Of a stretch of DNA of 64,000 bases, positions 28,717 to 42,200 are shown piece after piece. This DNA is from Octopus vulgaris (taxonomy: Eukaryota): the NCBI GenBank assembly GCA_951406725.2, contig OX597823.1:72850001-72914000 (forward strand). Reading direction: 5' to 3'. Below the pieces are notes generated by a model. That model worked only from the letters and a program-made list of their open reading frames with translations, made no database searches and was not told the DNA's origin. The translations under genes were made by a program, and so were the position numbers. Position 1 is the stretch's first letter; every line of letters starts with the position of its first letter.

Positions 28717-30010
28717 ATTTTGCGCATGTATACGTGTGATACATACATTGTTAATGCATATATACATATATTTATCTGAATAAGTATATGCTGTGTCTAC
28801 ATATGAATGATATATAATTCATTGTACATTAAATAAAACTTTAAGAAATATTTAAAATTTAAAACTCATATTGTATTATATATATTATATATTTTGAAAT
28901 ATTATATATAGGTACATGGATAAATGTGTGTGTGTGTGTGTGTGTCCGTGCGTTCGTGCGTGTATAGTATGTATATGTGCGTATACGTGCATGAGGGCGT
29001 GTATGTGTTTCAAAAGAGAATATTTTCACGATATTACCCGGAAAAATATTTCCAGCTTTATACATGCAGTATAAAGCTAGAAATATTTATCCGCGTAATA
29101 TCGTGAAAATATTCTCTTTTGAAACACTTATGTAATTTTGTAGCCCCGAATAAAAAGTATGCATTGTGTTTTGTATTAAAATAGTTATCCCTCCGCATAC
29201 GCGCAAATACATTGATATGAATATATATAAACATACACACACAGATATGCATTCTTACGCGCCTCTGTGTGTGTGTGTGTCTGTCTGTGTGTGTGTGCAT
29301 GTGCGCGTGTTAGAATGTTGGTATTAAGGATTATTATAGCAATTTACACTACAAAATAACAGTTATTTAATAATTGTTCAACTTCCATCCGTATTACTTT
29401 TGCTTCAGTATATGATTTGCGTGAATTAATTCCATTACATCTGCTCTAGTGTCGTAAATTAGGTGTTGAATAGTGGCTGTGAATCGTTTCTGGAGTGCAG
29501 TGAAATTGCTTTGTTTAGTGCAGGAGACAAACTAAATTAATATTAGTCTTATTGCATAAGACATCCCATCAACTTGATGACCTTAGAACGCATCGTTTCA
29601 GACAATACAGGAATTTTAAAACATTACATGCAATGAAAATTACTTACACGCAAGCACGATATGTACATATATGAATATATACATACATAAAAACATAAGC
29701 AGGACACTGGCAGTTATATAATATACTGGAGATTTGAAAACATTGCGTGCATGTCCAGACTTCATGCAGACGAGAACATTAAGAAGCTTAAGCAGGTAAG
29801 AATTTAGAATCGTGTTTCAATAGCCGTAGAAATATGCAACAACATTACCGTTCCGTAAATGAAAGCTCACACAATATCTGTTCGTAAATTCATAACAAGG
29901 ATATTAAGGTTGGCAGCAAGTTGATTCTAACACAGTTGCCAATATATATGTGTGTGTGTGTGTGCATATGTGTGTTTATATGTATGTGTGTGTGTATAAT
30001 GATACATTTC

Positions 30011-30058
<48 letters not shown>

Positions 30059-30103
30059 GAAATGTATCATTATACACACACACATACATATAAACACACA
30101 TAT

Positions 30104-30160
<57 letters not shown>

Positions 30161-30475
30161 CGACCTGCTTCTTTCAGTTGCCGCCGACCAAATCCACTCA
30201 CAAAGCTTTGGTCGACTCAAGGCTATAGTAGAAGACATTTGCCCAAGGTGCCACGCAGTGGGACAGGACCCAGAACCATGTGGTTGGCAAGCAAGCTACT
30301 TACCATGAAGCCAACCACTCTGTGGGTTCCGACCACGAGGGTCACAGATGATCCGATCTAGGGAACAGCCTGCTCTTTACGTTAACGTGCAAGTGGCTGA
30401 GCACTCCACAGACACGTATACCTGTAACGTATAACTAGATCTGATTGAGATTCAGCATGACAGAGTGTGACATAT
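30161..30475 (-). mobile_element. Adjacent SINE family 2 5' half (30161-30320) and family 1 3' part (30325-30475)
   Basis: Reverse complements match the 35765 and 10329 copies. Confidence 0.75.
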
Positions 30476-30955
30476 TTTCTTCTCCGACTGTCCGTCGTTG
30501 GTCGACGTTGACTGTCCTTGCTCAGTAATCATCTCTAGCAGGCTCGCATGTGAACTCAAAGCCTGCACTTGATCTGCAGCAACGGTGACATCTTTTGCAT
30601 GTGAAGTTATTTGGCGCAATAGAGAAGTGACACTTCTCGTGTACACTTTCGTATTCTCTCCGCTGGAATTACGGACCTCAGAAATTGGTGCAATTCATCG
30701 TGACGCAGAGCCTTATCTTTCCAGATGTCTGGGGAGATGCCGAATAACTTCATATATGTATATATATATTGAGAACTTCCCTATATCGCAATCATTGACC
30801 GCCACAGCACTGCCTGCCCAGCCGCGGTTCAGCTTAGAAAAATATTTTTGTGTTCTGTCGCCCATTATCCAGCAAACATATCCTGTCCGCTGGAGCTTCG
30901 ATGGGCTGAAAGACCTCCACATTTACTGCACCAGCGCTGCGTTGGACCTCTACAT

Positions 30956-30989
<34 letters not shown>

Positions 30990-31167
30990 TGTATGTATGT
31001 ATGAATTATTTTAAATATACATGCATGCAGGTCTCTGTATCTAACTATCTATCTATACATATATATATATATGTGTGTGTATGTGTGTGTCCATATATAT
31101 ATATATATATGTATGTGTGTACATGCAAGTATATGTATATATATATGTGTGTATGTGAGTGTATGTA

Positions 31168-31224
<57 letters not shown>

Positions 31225-31349
31225 GCACATACCCATATACACATACATATATGCGCGTGTAAGCATGTGTCTGGCTTTTCCTTTATATCGAAAATGATAC
31301 TTAAGTTTTATAATATGACAGCAGAGTGGAAGTTTTTTAAAGACTATTA

Positions 31350-31379
31350 TTATTTGAAAATGACGAAGTGTTCTGACAA
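31350..31379 (-). CDS. Candidate terminal coding exon (LSEHFVIFK*) of the putative secreted-peptide gene
   Basis: Acceptor ttctttaatatttcag; phase 0 fits the preceding candidate exon; ends TAA TAA TAG. Confidence 0.25.
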   Translation of the reverse strand: MSEHFVIFK

Positions 31380-31569
31380 CTGAAATATTAAAGAACTAAT
31401 CTGGAGATGGAAAATTTAAGTGCTGCCTTAATATTCTTTTACTTTAATATTCTTTATCCAGTACAACGTTTTGACACTAATAAATTTAATGTGCCTTGAT
31501 TATTCACCTGGCTTTTAGGAGTAAAATTAACACACCTCTTGTTGCTTTTACACAAAATTCAAAAATTAC

Positions 31570-31583
31570 TTCCATCTGCGAGT
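31570..31583 (-). CDS. Candidate 14-nt micro-exon ((D)SQME, phase 1 to 0)
   Basis: Acceptor ctaattacattttcag, donor GAA|gtaatt. Confidence 0.3.
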
Positions 31584-31950
31584 CTGAAAATGTAATTAGA
31601 GATTTTGTAATATCGGTACATTTATTTTTATTTATGCTGATTTTTTCTTTTTGCATTTCATAAGTTCTGCTTGTAGCTGGACGAATTATTTCATTTAAGA
31701 CAGCATATGACTAAGTTTCTGTTTCAAATCCAAATAGTGCAAAACAAACGTTTTAGGTAACAAAAAGAGAAAGCTACTTCTTTATCCTTGAATTCCAACG
31801 GTTTAGTTTCCAGAAGGATGTTAACCTCTTCATAATCCTAATAATAATCCAGAGTCAACCATGTCTCATTTTGAATATGATCAAAGAGAATTACCGATAA
31901 AAATATGATCAAAGTATATTTTGTATTGACTCTCCCATTCCTTTACTTAC

Positions 31951-31965
31951 CATGTATCTTTCTGA
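31951..31965 (-). CDS. Candidate 15-nt micro-exon ((V)RKIH, phase 1-1)
   Basis: Acceptor catactccag, consensus donor ATG|gtaagt. Confidence 0.3.
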
Positions 31966-32061
31966 CTGGAGTATGATTTTAAATTCCACGTACTATATAT
32001 ATTTTAGTCACAATAAATAAATTAATTAAATTTTAAAATAAGCAGTACGTTAAAAATTTAC

Positions 32062-32082
32062 CAGTCATTGCGCCAGTTGCCA
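32062..32082 (-). CDS. Candidate 21-nt micro-exon ((L)ATGAMT, phase 1-1)
   Basis: Acceptor cattttgctgttgcag, donor CTG|gtaaat. Confidence 0.35.
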
Positions 32083-35000
32083 CTGCAACAGCAAAATGAT
32101 CGCAGTGCAAATTCTAACACAAATATTGTTCAGAGGACATTGAAATATGAGAGTATACTTCCAGAAATCTAGTGTAAATTTCCTATGTCTATGAGCATCA
32201 ACAAGTTTATTTTTCAACTTAAAATAAATTCGAGTAAATCTTCGTGCTAATGACTCCTACTACGTATTATTCGTCAAATTTACGAAATGTTTTGACATTT
32301 TGGAATGAGAAAGCTTTTTCAAGATAAGTCTTTTCAAATTAGATGGATTTGTGTTTAAATTTATGATTACTGTATTAAAAGAGGACGAAAGCGGAAATGG
32401 AAAACATTTAATGCCGATAGTGCGAACAGAAATACTGCTTGTTCAGTTTCCTAGTGATATATCTTTTTAGATTGAGGGCACTCTTTGTAGATTGCAGAGC
32501 GTACACATAGTCTTAATCCAGCCTTTAACTTTCGACAATCATCTCGCATTCATTTCCCATGTTCACTTATTTATCTGATTGTTTCTTGAATGTAAAAGAA
32601 ACAATAATTTTTATCAACACTACATTCATGAAAAGCATAAAAATTAATTTTTTTCTTATAGATTTAAGAAAAAAATACACCAACGGATGTTTTATTCACT
32701 TTCAGCAACATAACCAAGGAGATGCTGTTACGATACTAAAGTTATCCTTTACATAACGCAAGACTTAAAATGAATAGAGAGGCAGTATACATGAACATTT
32801 ATCAAGTATGTGAAATGCAATATATCGCCTTTTACCGAAACCGTGCTGTTGGACTAGTTTCTGCTACTCTATATGAGTTTACTTCTAGTCGAAGATGCTT
32901 TCAATAAGATATTCCTAACTTTTATTCGAGTGTTGGTATTTTGTGTTTAGGTACTGCTCTTTAGATTTTGATGGGATCACAAATGAGATGATGTGACAAA
33001 GGCAAACTCTATGGTAATCCCCCCATTAGCTTTCATTGAGATGCTAATAATTGAAGTTATTTCAACCAAGACCATCCTCTATTTTATTCAGAAATAATCT
33101 GAGCTACTAATATTCTATGTGCCCTCCATCTTAAAAAGTGATTTGTTGCTATTTCTATCAGGCTCAACAACTACGTAGCTGTCATGTGTTTTGTCATTAG
33201 ATGTTGAAGAGGAGAAATTAATAGTTCCAGAAGCATTCTGTCAAATACTGTTGAGAAATTGACAAAATATAAAATTACCCAAGTCTATTTCACATTCAAA
33301 TTGTATCACAAAATAATATTAGACAATCTCTAGCTTAGTAGGGTAATTAGCGGATTTATCAGTAAACATTTCAGTCATTGATTTCCTGTGTTCCTTATCA
33401 ATGTTTAGAAACATATCCTGAACTAAAATCCATGATTTTCCTTTTGGATGCAAATAGATATTTCAGGAAGTTTACAGAAGAAATCATGTTTACATATCAC
33501 TTATAGCCATTCACTTAGCAACTTTACATAAGGCAAGTTTGTGTGCATGACACCAATGATGACATCCAGGCGATAGTTTCTCTAATTATCCTATGATAAT
33601 CAATATAGATAACGGTTATTATAAGTGTGAACACGCAAAAATTCACAACAATATATCGGGCGATAGGAGTATATACGGTGCTTGCCACTTTCGTTTTGTC
33701 TCACCTTACATTGTCTCCTACTATATCTATATGTTGTGTGTATTCACACACAGACACAGACACACACACGCACACACACATATGTACTTGTATTAGTAAA
33801 TGCCTATATGTATTAGACATAAAAGAAAGGATATATACATGTATACATACATATATTTAGAAAGATGTGTATTAACACATAGATACACGCATACATCGTA
33901 CACGCACACACATATGTATATATGAATATATACACATATATAGAAATGTATGTAAATGAACGTATAGAGAGAAAGAGAGAGAGAAAGAGAGGGAGAGAAG
34001 GAGGGATGGAGAGAGAGATTAGATTAGATTAGAAAATACTGTGAAGAAATAGTTGCAAGCGTGAACGTTCAAAGTGATTCGGTGTAGATCAGTATAAATC
34101 CGCAAAAATCATATTTAAGTTCGTAGAGTAGAAAAACATTTCTAGAAGCTTTTCGCTTTGATTCAATCAGCATAGGTAGGTAACGTTCAAAGTGTCACTA
34201 CTTAAAATCTTGCAGGTGATAGGTGGGAAGGTGTAAGAATAATTTAGGTGCACTTTAGAGGTAAGCCTTTATATTTTGCCGACGTACACAGAAGATAGAT
34301 TGCTGCAATATTCTCTATATATTGCAACACAGTATAAGTGATCTAAGTGACTTATCCCAACGTCAGAAGATATGTGTAAGAGCGAAAATTGAAGAAGTAT
34401 AAATAGAAATGTAATTTGATATGTCAAATATCATAGCCTTAATGAGATTTGAAGGAGTTAGGGCTTGGGTGAATAAAGAGAATAATGGCGTCAATGGTAT
34501 AGGCGTAATGCTGATATAGTGGACGGTCAATCTGGATGGTCAGTCTGCACGAAAATGGTGGGATTAAGTAGAGTAAGTGATAAAAGAAGGATGTGGAAAG
34601 GGTTAAGGTTTTGCATTAAGGCACCCTGCTAGCTAATGTACGCAGATCTGTCTAGTATCAAGTGGCAAGAAGAGGAAAGCAATAAATTATATAGAGACAT
34701 TAAAAGGATGTGAAGATCGAATAAAGAAACGTCGATCTGGTAGGGATAGCGGTGCGTAAGGTTCCAGTATTAACGCAACGACTAAATTTAATATATGTAA
34801 TTACTTAATAAGAATACGTGAAAGACCAATACAATGTATAATCAAAGATATGAAGGTAGGAAAAGATAGAGAACTTAGAAACTCCATTAAGTAAATTGAT
34901 AATAAAGAGGTAGCTGTATTTGCGGCAGAACAATGCCGACATATGGTAAGATTAGGATCGATCAACGCAGATGCTTACCGCCACAATTTGGATGTTCAAA

Positions 35001-35210
35001 AGGCAATGGGGATTATACTCTAAGATCTCGATGCAGTCTTTGCTACAAAGATCTCATGGTGCTCTGCCACCAGATAACGCAATAACGGATGTTATTATTT
35101 TGGAACCGGTGTATGTGATTACCCAGTGAGGTAGAAGTTTTGGGTTTTGTAGCCGCAAACAATGTGAGATGTAATAAAATCGAAGATTACGATTAACCGA
35201 AGAGCCTATA

Positions 35211-35299
<89 letters not shown>

Positions 35300-35764
35300 C
35301 TGGAGTTCTGCTGTTTATTTTACAATGTGCACTGCGTAACATATATTATAACACAGATATAATATAGTGTATACACCAATTTATATCTTCAGTAGCGGGC
35401 ATTCAGAAGGCAATTATCAGGAATCTTTATATTGCATTGCCTTCGATCAGATGGTGTTCCGTGATCTCAGTTTTTGTCATTATTATTATGAATTATATCG
35501 ATAGTTAAACTATTACTAATGTAACACGAGTAAAATCTATTAATCATATTGTGCTTAATGTGTTCTTACTACTGGGACTACTGACCCAGCCAGTGTTAAC
35601 ATACCTATCATTATAGATCAGAGTCTCTCTTCTCCCAGGTATGGTTGCTACGATTTAAGTAGAATGGTTACTACTTTTATTGCTACCATTAGTGATAATC
35701 CAAACAGTATTAAAATAATTACTGCTTTCCCGATCACTACGTCTGGTTATTATTTATAGAAATA

Positions 35765-36105
35765 GGCGCAGGAGTGGCTGTGTAGTAAGGAGCTTGCTTA
35801 CCAACCACATAGTTGCAGGTTCAGTCCCAATGCGTGGTACCTTGGGTAAGTGTCTTCTACTATAGCCTCGAGCCGACCAAAGCTTTGTGAGTGGATTTGG
35901 TAGACGGAAACTGAAAGAAGCCTGTCGTATATATGTATATGTGTGTGTATGTTTGTGTACGTGTGTTTGTCCCCCCCCCCAACATCGCCGATAAAATAAG
36001 TTCTAGGCTTACAAATAATAAGTCCTGGGATCGATTTGCTCGACTAAAGGCCGTGCTCCAGTATAGCCACAGTCAAATGACTGAAACAAGTAAAAGAGTA
36101 TAAGA
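35765..36105 (+). mobile_element. Near full-length tRNA-derived SINE family 2
   Basis: A-box-like TGGCTGTGTAGTA, B-box-like GGTTCAGTCCC, internal (TA)(TG) tract, AAGAGT-type tail. Confidence 0.85.
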
Positions 36106-36117
36106 GTGAGTAAATAT

Positions 36118-36275
36118 AAGATGGTGAGCTGGTAGAATCGTTGGCACACCGGGAAAAATGTGAATCGGTATTTCATCTATCTTTACGTTCTGAGTTCAGA
36201 TTTCTTTTGGGGTCGATGCAAATTACCCACCAGCTCCCATCAAAATTGCTGACCTTGTACCAAAATCTGAAGTCA
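36118..36275 (+). mobile_element. Internally deleted SINE family 3 copy
   Basis: GGTGAGCTGGTAGAATCGTT head, GAGTTCAGATT, GGGGTCGAT, AAAATCTGAA end. Confidence 0.7.
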
Positions 36276-36765
36276 TTATTTCTGGAAATATACACCCTAT
36301 TATAGATGTTATAATTAAAGCGAGTACTTCGAAATCATACATACGAGTACGTCGTGTGTATTCCTCAGTAAGTTCCTGAATGGCCATCAATTATAATTAT
36401 GTAGTTTTTCTCTTCAGTTCTTTTAATTATCCTAAATGTTGCTCCGATTAAGAATAAAACTGTTTCGCTGTTTCGACACACTTTCCATTTTGATATCGAA
36501 TTTTTGACAGCTGAAATTTCCTTATACATTCTCAAAGAAATTCAGCAAAGTATAAAAAGAAAAAAAGTGTTCTCAACGAACGTTACTTTACAATATGGCC
36601 TACATCATTACTGCCAAAATTGATTGAATACAACGAGAAAAATTCAAAACAAGCAATTCACTCGTCTTGTATAATTAAATCTTTTTTCTAAAGTCGAATT
36701 AAAACGGTGTTGAATTGAAATAGTTCAAATCAAAGAACTTGTATGTATGTATTTCTCTACCAAAG

Positions 36766-36811
<46 letters not shown>

Positions 36812-36818
36812 CGTATAT

Positions 36819-36874
<56 letters not shown>

Positions 36875-37109
36875 GCGTGTGAGTTTGTGGAGCCTGTGTG
36901 AGTGTGTCTGTCTGTGTTAGTATATATGTATATATATATATATATATATCAGAAGGTTTGGAGGTGATGTACAGGTATTATATATGAGAAGAAATAAGGT
37001 ACTCAGAAATCTGGATGGTTTTATGTTTACAGATTTATATTAATATGTCACATGTTTTTATAAATCATATATTAGCGCTTGCATCCACACTAGTGGATTT
37101 TTCGGATTT

Positions 37110-37518
37110 TCTCAACATACGCCACATTGTGATCTCATATCAAGATTAACAGCGCATGGCCTTACAAGTGGAACCCAGATAGAATTTTCTTCAGGTCGAG
37201 AAAGGTTGTTAAAGGATATTGAACGAAGCACCTATGTTTCCAGGGGTGAATTATCCGAACCCCAGAGAATTTGTTTAAAATCATGGCTATGATGCCCCCC
37301 ACTACTTCTGCTCGTGATCAGAGACGTACATATCGTCAGCCACTAAGGGACAAGTTCAACTCGTGACGGTCACTAACAAGCAAATCAGTGGTACTGAGCA
37401 GAATATTTGCTCTAGCCCATCTTTTATACCAATGCAAAACAATATATATGATAACATTTTCAATCAGTTAAGATGAGAAGCCATGAAAGCCTCTGCCTGG
37501 AACTGCATCAGTGCATTT
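37110..37518 (-). mobile_element. 5' part of the 18814-type non-coding repeat
   Basis: Reverse complement aligns with 18814-19120 and extends further 5' to an (AAT)n tract. Confidence 0.8.
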
Positions 37519-37599
37519 ATAATTATCATTATTATTATTATTGTTGTTGTTGTGGTGTTGTTGCTTTTCTTGTTGTCATTATTATTATCATTATTATAT

Positions 37600-39110
37600 A
37601 AAAACTCACAGCTTATTTTACTGGCTATGATGGAAAATGTCAGCTGTCCACAGCCAGCAGACTAAGGTGACACTTGTTTACTGGTCAGGTTTCAAGAACC
37701 CTGCGAAGAATTCTTGCAGTTCCAAGTAATGCTGATTCTTGTACGTGTTCTAGCTTCAAACTTGCACCAATCTTTTTCAGCCATTTTGATACTTTCAGCA
37801 TGCTGATATTTCACGTGCACCAAATAATATTGGTATCACGTCTACTCACTTCATTGATCACAGCCTTCGTATTTCCCAGTTGTTTATTTCATTGCTGCTT
37901 ATTTTGCCTTCCTCTTTCACATTGGTTCTGTCGTCACCGACGCATGCTATGTCGATTTTCATGCATGTTCTGCCTTTTGTACTCACAATAACAATGTCCG
38001 TTATTGTTGTGTGGATTGCCCCAGACGATGAAGTAAGCTAGCCCAATACGTAGATATAGAGAGAGATGTCTAGACGTCGGGCGAGAGTTGAGTAGAGGTC
38101 ATCAGAACGTGCGATATAACAGTGGCGACGAAAATTTCGTAGCTCACTCGATATAACAGGTATTCTTATGCGATGTCTAGTCGGGTTATCGCACTGAATT
38201 ATTGCAACCCATAGAATTTAGCAATTTTCGTTTTCCATCATTCCTGGAGTTCGCTCATACCACGTCACTGCTCCTAGTAGGCCGGGATTTCCACAGAGCT
38301 ACCAATGGATCATTCTTGCCACATTGTCATGGTGTCGGTTGTATTTATGTTGTTCCAATTTCGGGCATTCGCTAATGATGTGCCATACCGTTTCATTCCA
38401 CTCACCACACATCATGCATATGTCGCTTTCGGTAATATGGTCTATTTTGCACTTCATGTCGTTTGTCCTTAACACTTGTTCCTGAGCTACGCATAAGAGT
38501 GATTCGTCTCTATCTTCAGGTCACTCCTCCTCATCCTTAGTGACCGGTCCTCTGTAACTGTCTTCGAGTTCATATCTCTTGCAAACTGAACATACATTTA
38601 CTTTTCCTTCCATATTTCTTCATTTCTTGTTTAAATTCTTCTTTAGATTACACAATTTTCACTGTTGAGGACGCTGGTTTTCTTTGTGTTTCAACAGTAG
38701 CTCCACGGCATTTTTATATACCACACTAGGCTGTTTTCATCTGATTCTGTACAGTCCTGGCAACTGATTAAACCTCTCCCAACTTTCGGTATGATTCTTA
38801 GGGTGGAAGGCTCCGTGTACTGTTAACATATATCTGGTTGTGGTATCCATTTTATTCATTTCTCGCCTTTACCATTTTATAATTCCTGCTTCATACTAAA
38901 GTTATGCTATCACACACCTATTATCTGCTTGGATTTTATTCAGTACAGTAAATTTTGAGCGCAACACCAACCCCACTTTTCCTTAATACTCCACCCTCAA
39001 TTGCTCTTCATTTCCTTTTCTATTATCTCGTTGAACTCTAGTACACCATGGTATTTGTATGCTTCGGTTTCAATTTGTTTAATCAAGTCTCTGTTCGGTA
39101 ATTCTATCCC

Positions 39111-39113
<3 letters not shown>
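37600..39113 (-). mobile_element. 5'-truncated, decayed R4/Dong-like LINE
   Basis: GIELPN..YKYHGVLE, AQEQVLRT, IQCD..RHR..PDIV, SALLGTARILRRVLET*; (TAA)n on both sides. Confidence 0.85.
38005..38158 (+). mobile_element. Miniature LTR-retrotransposon remnant nested in the LINE
   Basis: Starts TGT; CGATATAACA followed by PBS-like GTGGCGACGA; second CGATATAACA end; flanked by GTTAT/GGTAT. Confidence 0.55.
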
Positions 39114-39147
<34 letters not shown>

Positions 39148-39202
39148 GTTATTGTTATTGTTGTTGTTATTGTCGTCGTTGTCGTCGTCATTATTATTAT
39201 TA

Positions 39203-39233
<31 letters not shown>

Positions 39234-39247
39234 CATTATTATTATTA

Positions 39248-39278
<31 letters not shown>

Positions 39279-39299
39279 CATTATTATTATTATCATTAT

Positions 39300-42200
39300 T
39301 TTTTTTTTCTTGTTTCAAATTTGCTTCCATTTCTTGCCGAGTGTCTTCCCGACTCCTAGGGCAAAGAAACTCATAGTATACATTGGTAGGCCATTAAACC
39401 AAACTCAGTAGTTCGTTCATTTTTTTTTTTAAAGTTAAATTAAAATACATGAGCAGCAACAGTTCTCACATCGACAATGCTCTTCTCAATACGTGTGATG
39501 TACCAGTTAAGACAAGCTTTTGCACTTCTTGCAGGGATGGTAAGCCAGGGATCATTCTCATATAATTTTCGGTTCCCTTCTTGATCATTCCTAGTGCTCC
39601 TACGATCACTGGTATTGTAACCGCCTTGAGATGCCACATTTTCTCAATTTCAATGAGTAGGTCTTTATATTTTCTGAGCTTGTCAAACTCTTTCGCTGAG
39701 ATATTATGATCACAGGGGATGCTCATGTCGATCAATAAGCAAACTTTATTGTTTTGGTCTTTCACAACAATATCTGATTTATTGGCCTTGATGGTTCGGT
39801 CTGTATGTACTGGAAAGTCCCACAGAATGGTTACATTTTCTCCTTCAGTTACAGCCTCAGTGTGGTGATTATACCACTTGTCGGCAGTTTTGATATTGTA
39901 ATGCCGACTTATTAGCCAGTGTAGATATTAGCCAACTCTGTCATGTCTTAATTTATACTCCACTGGTGCTAAGACTTTACATCCAGAGATTAGGTCGTCC
40001 ACTGTTTCAATCATGTCGTTGCAGAATCGGCATTTTGGGTCTGCTCCATTTTTCATCACATTGGCCTGGTAGTTCCGGGTTAATAGGCTTTGATCTTGAG
40101 CAGCCAGGATGAAACCTTCGCTCTCTGCTTTTAGCCCTGAGCTCTGTAGCCACTGATGGGTTTGCTTCTGGTCAACATCAGCTTGTTTGCTGCGGGTCAC
40201 ATATTTGCCGTGCAGAGGTTTCTCCTCCCACCTATCAGCCAATTGCTCGTGCGCTTTTTTCATTGCCATCATTTTCACCTTCTTTGCAACAAATTTTGCC
40301 GTACTTCCCTCGGGTTGTTCTGTTTGGGTATCCTGCACGAGATCAATAGCAAATTTTTTGCTTTCCTTTATGATAGAATGAAGCTTCTTTCGTTTCTCGT
40401 GATTTTCCACGAGCTTTAGCATCCAGTCATTCGATATTTCGAGATATTTGGCCAGTCTAATTGTGGTTGTTTTGTAAGCTAGTTCAAATTGGATCAGGCC
40501 TCGACCTCCTTGGGCTCTGGGAAGGTAAAGGCGATCTACGTCTGCCTTTGGGTGGTGCATCCTATTACAACTCAGCAGCTTGCGTATTTTCCTATCTATA
40601 TTCTTTACTTCACTCATATTCCAGTTCAACACATTGTAGCTATAAGTAACAACTGGAACTGCTAAGGAATTTATAGCTAACACCTTGTTACGTGCATTTA
40701 GTTCAGATTTCAGGACTGCACGAACTCTCCTATAACATTCCTTCCTGATTTTCTCTTTCATGCTTGCATGCTGAATACCAGAGCCTTCTTTTATACCCAT
40801 ACCCTGTTCTGTTTAATTCACTTGTAAGGGGTATTAGGGCTATGCAGAATATTAAAGGTGAAAGTGAGTCACCTTGAAAAATTCCACAGTTGATGTTTAT
40901 ATTTTCTGAGGCAAGTACTCCATTAGAGTGGTATAATTGGAGATTCGTATTCCACAACGACATATTGTGCTTCAGGAAGTTTGAAATCACAGGGGAAATT
41001 TTGAAGATGTCCAGCGATCTCAAGATCCATGGATGCGGTATACTGTCGAAGGCCTTTTTATAGTCAATCCATGCGGTGCTGAGATTTCTGCGCTTATTGT
41101 GACAGTTCTCAAGGATCATACGATTGATTAGCAGTTGATCTTTGCATCCGTAAGAGCCTCGGCGGCACCCTTTTTGTTCAATAGGGAAAATATCGTTCTT
41201 CTCCATGAATGCATATGTTTTCTCCGCCAGGATAGATGTTAGGATTTTATACGTGGTGGATAGACAGGTTATAGGCCGATAGTTTTTTGGAAGGTTGGTT
41301 TCGTTATTCTTTGGGAGTAGGTAAGTAATGCCACTTGCTAACCATTCAGGTGTTTTCTTTGGGTCTCTCATAATTCCATTGAGCAGCTGAACTAGCTTAC
41401 CGTGTGCGCATGGGAGCGATGCGAGCCAGAAATTCGGCACCCTATCTTTACCGGGAGATTTCCAATTATGGGCCTTCGTGAGTGCCTTTCTTAGGTCTGC
41501 TTTTGTGATGTCTTCCCATGCTTGTTGTTGTAAATTTTGGTAGGATCCTTCAGTTTGTATTCTTGTCACTCCAAATCCTTTTCCAAAAGTTTTGAACTTC
41601 TTCCATGGGAGGGGGGTCTTTAACGGTTACTTTCTCCTTCCCTATTTCTCTGTAGAATTTTTTGGCATTGGATGTGAACAGCTTATTTTGCTTGTAAAAC
41701 TTGTTTCTCTTCTCAAATCTTCGTATTCTTTGGGCTTTTGCTAGGACTTTTTGTTTCAGCGTTTCTTTTATTGATATAAGTTCTTCTCTTGGTGAGGATC
41801 CAAAGTTTCTCTTCATCTTTCTTTCTGTTCTGGATCTTACATTATTTCCACATATTAGTTCATTTAATATTGATATTTCCCCTCTCATAAATTCAATCTC
41901 TTTTTCAATTTTACTTCTCCAGATTTGATTTCTTCCCAGGTTTTGTTTTCTTTGTTTTTTCGGGGGCATACAGCTGGTTTCAATTGCCCTAGCAGAAGCG
42001 TAAATAATTTCATTTAACTCAGTAAAATCAGGTTTTAATTCTCGTATTATTTCATTTGTTACATAGTTGCCAATTTGGATTTGTTTTTTATTTTGGTTTG
42101 TATTTGAGAGTTTATGAAGTGGTTCTCTATCATTCATACTTGTATGTCTTACAACTTCAAGCGTATTCAGGATTTTCTGCCTCATTTCTGCCATAGACTC

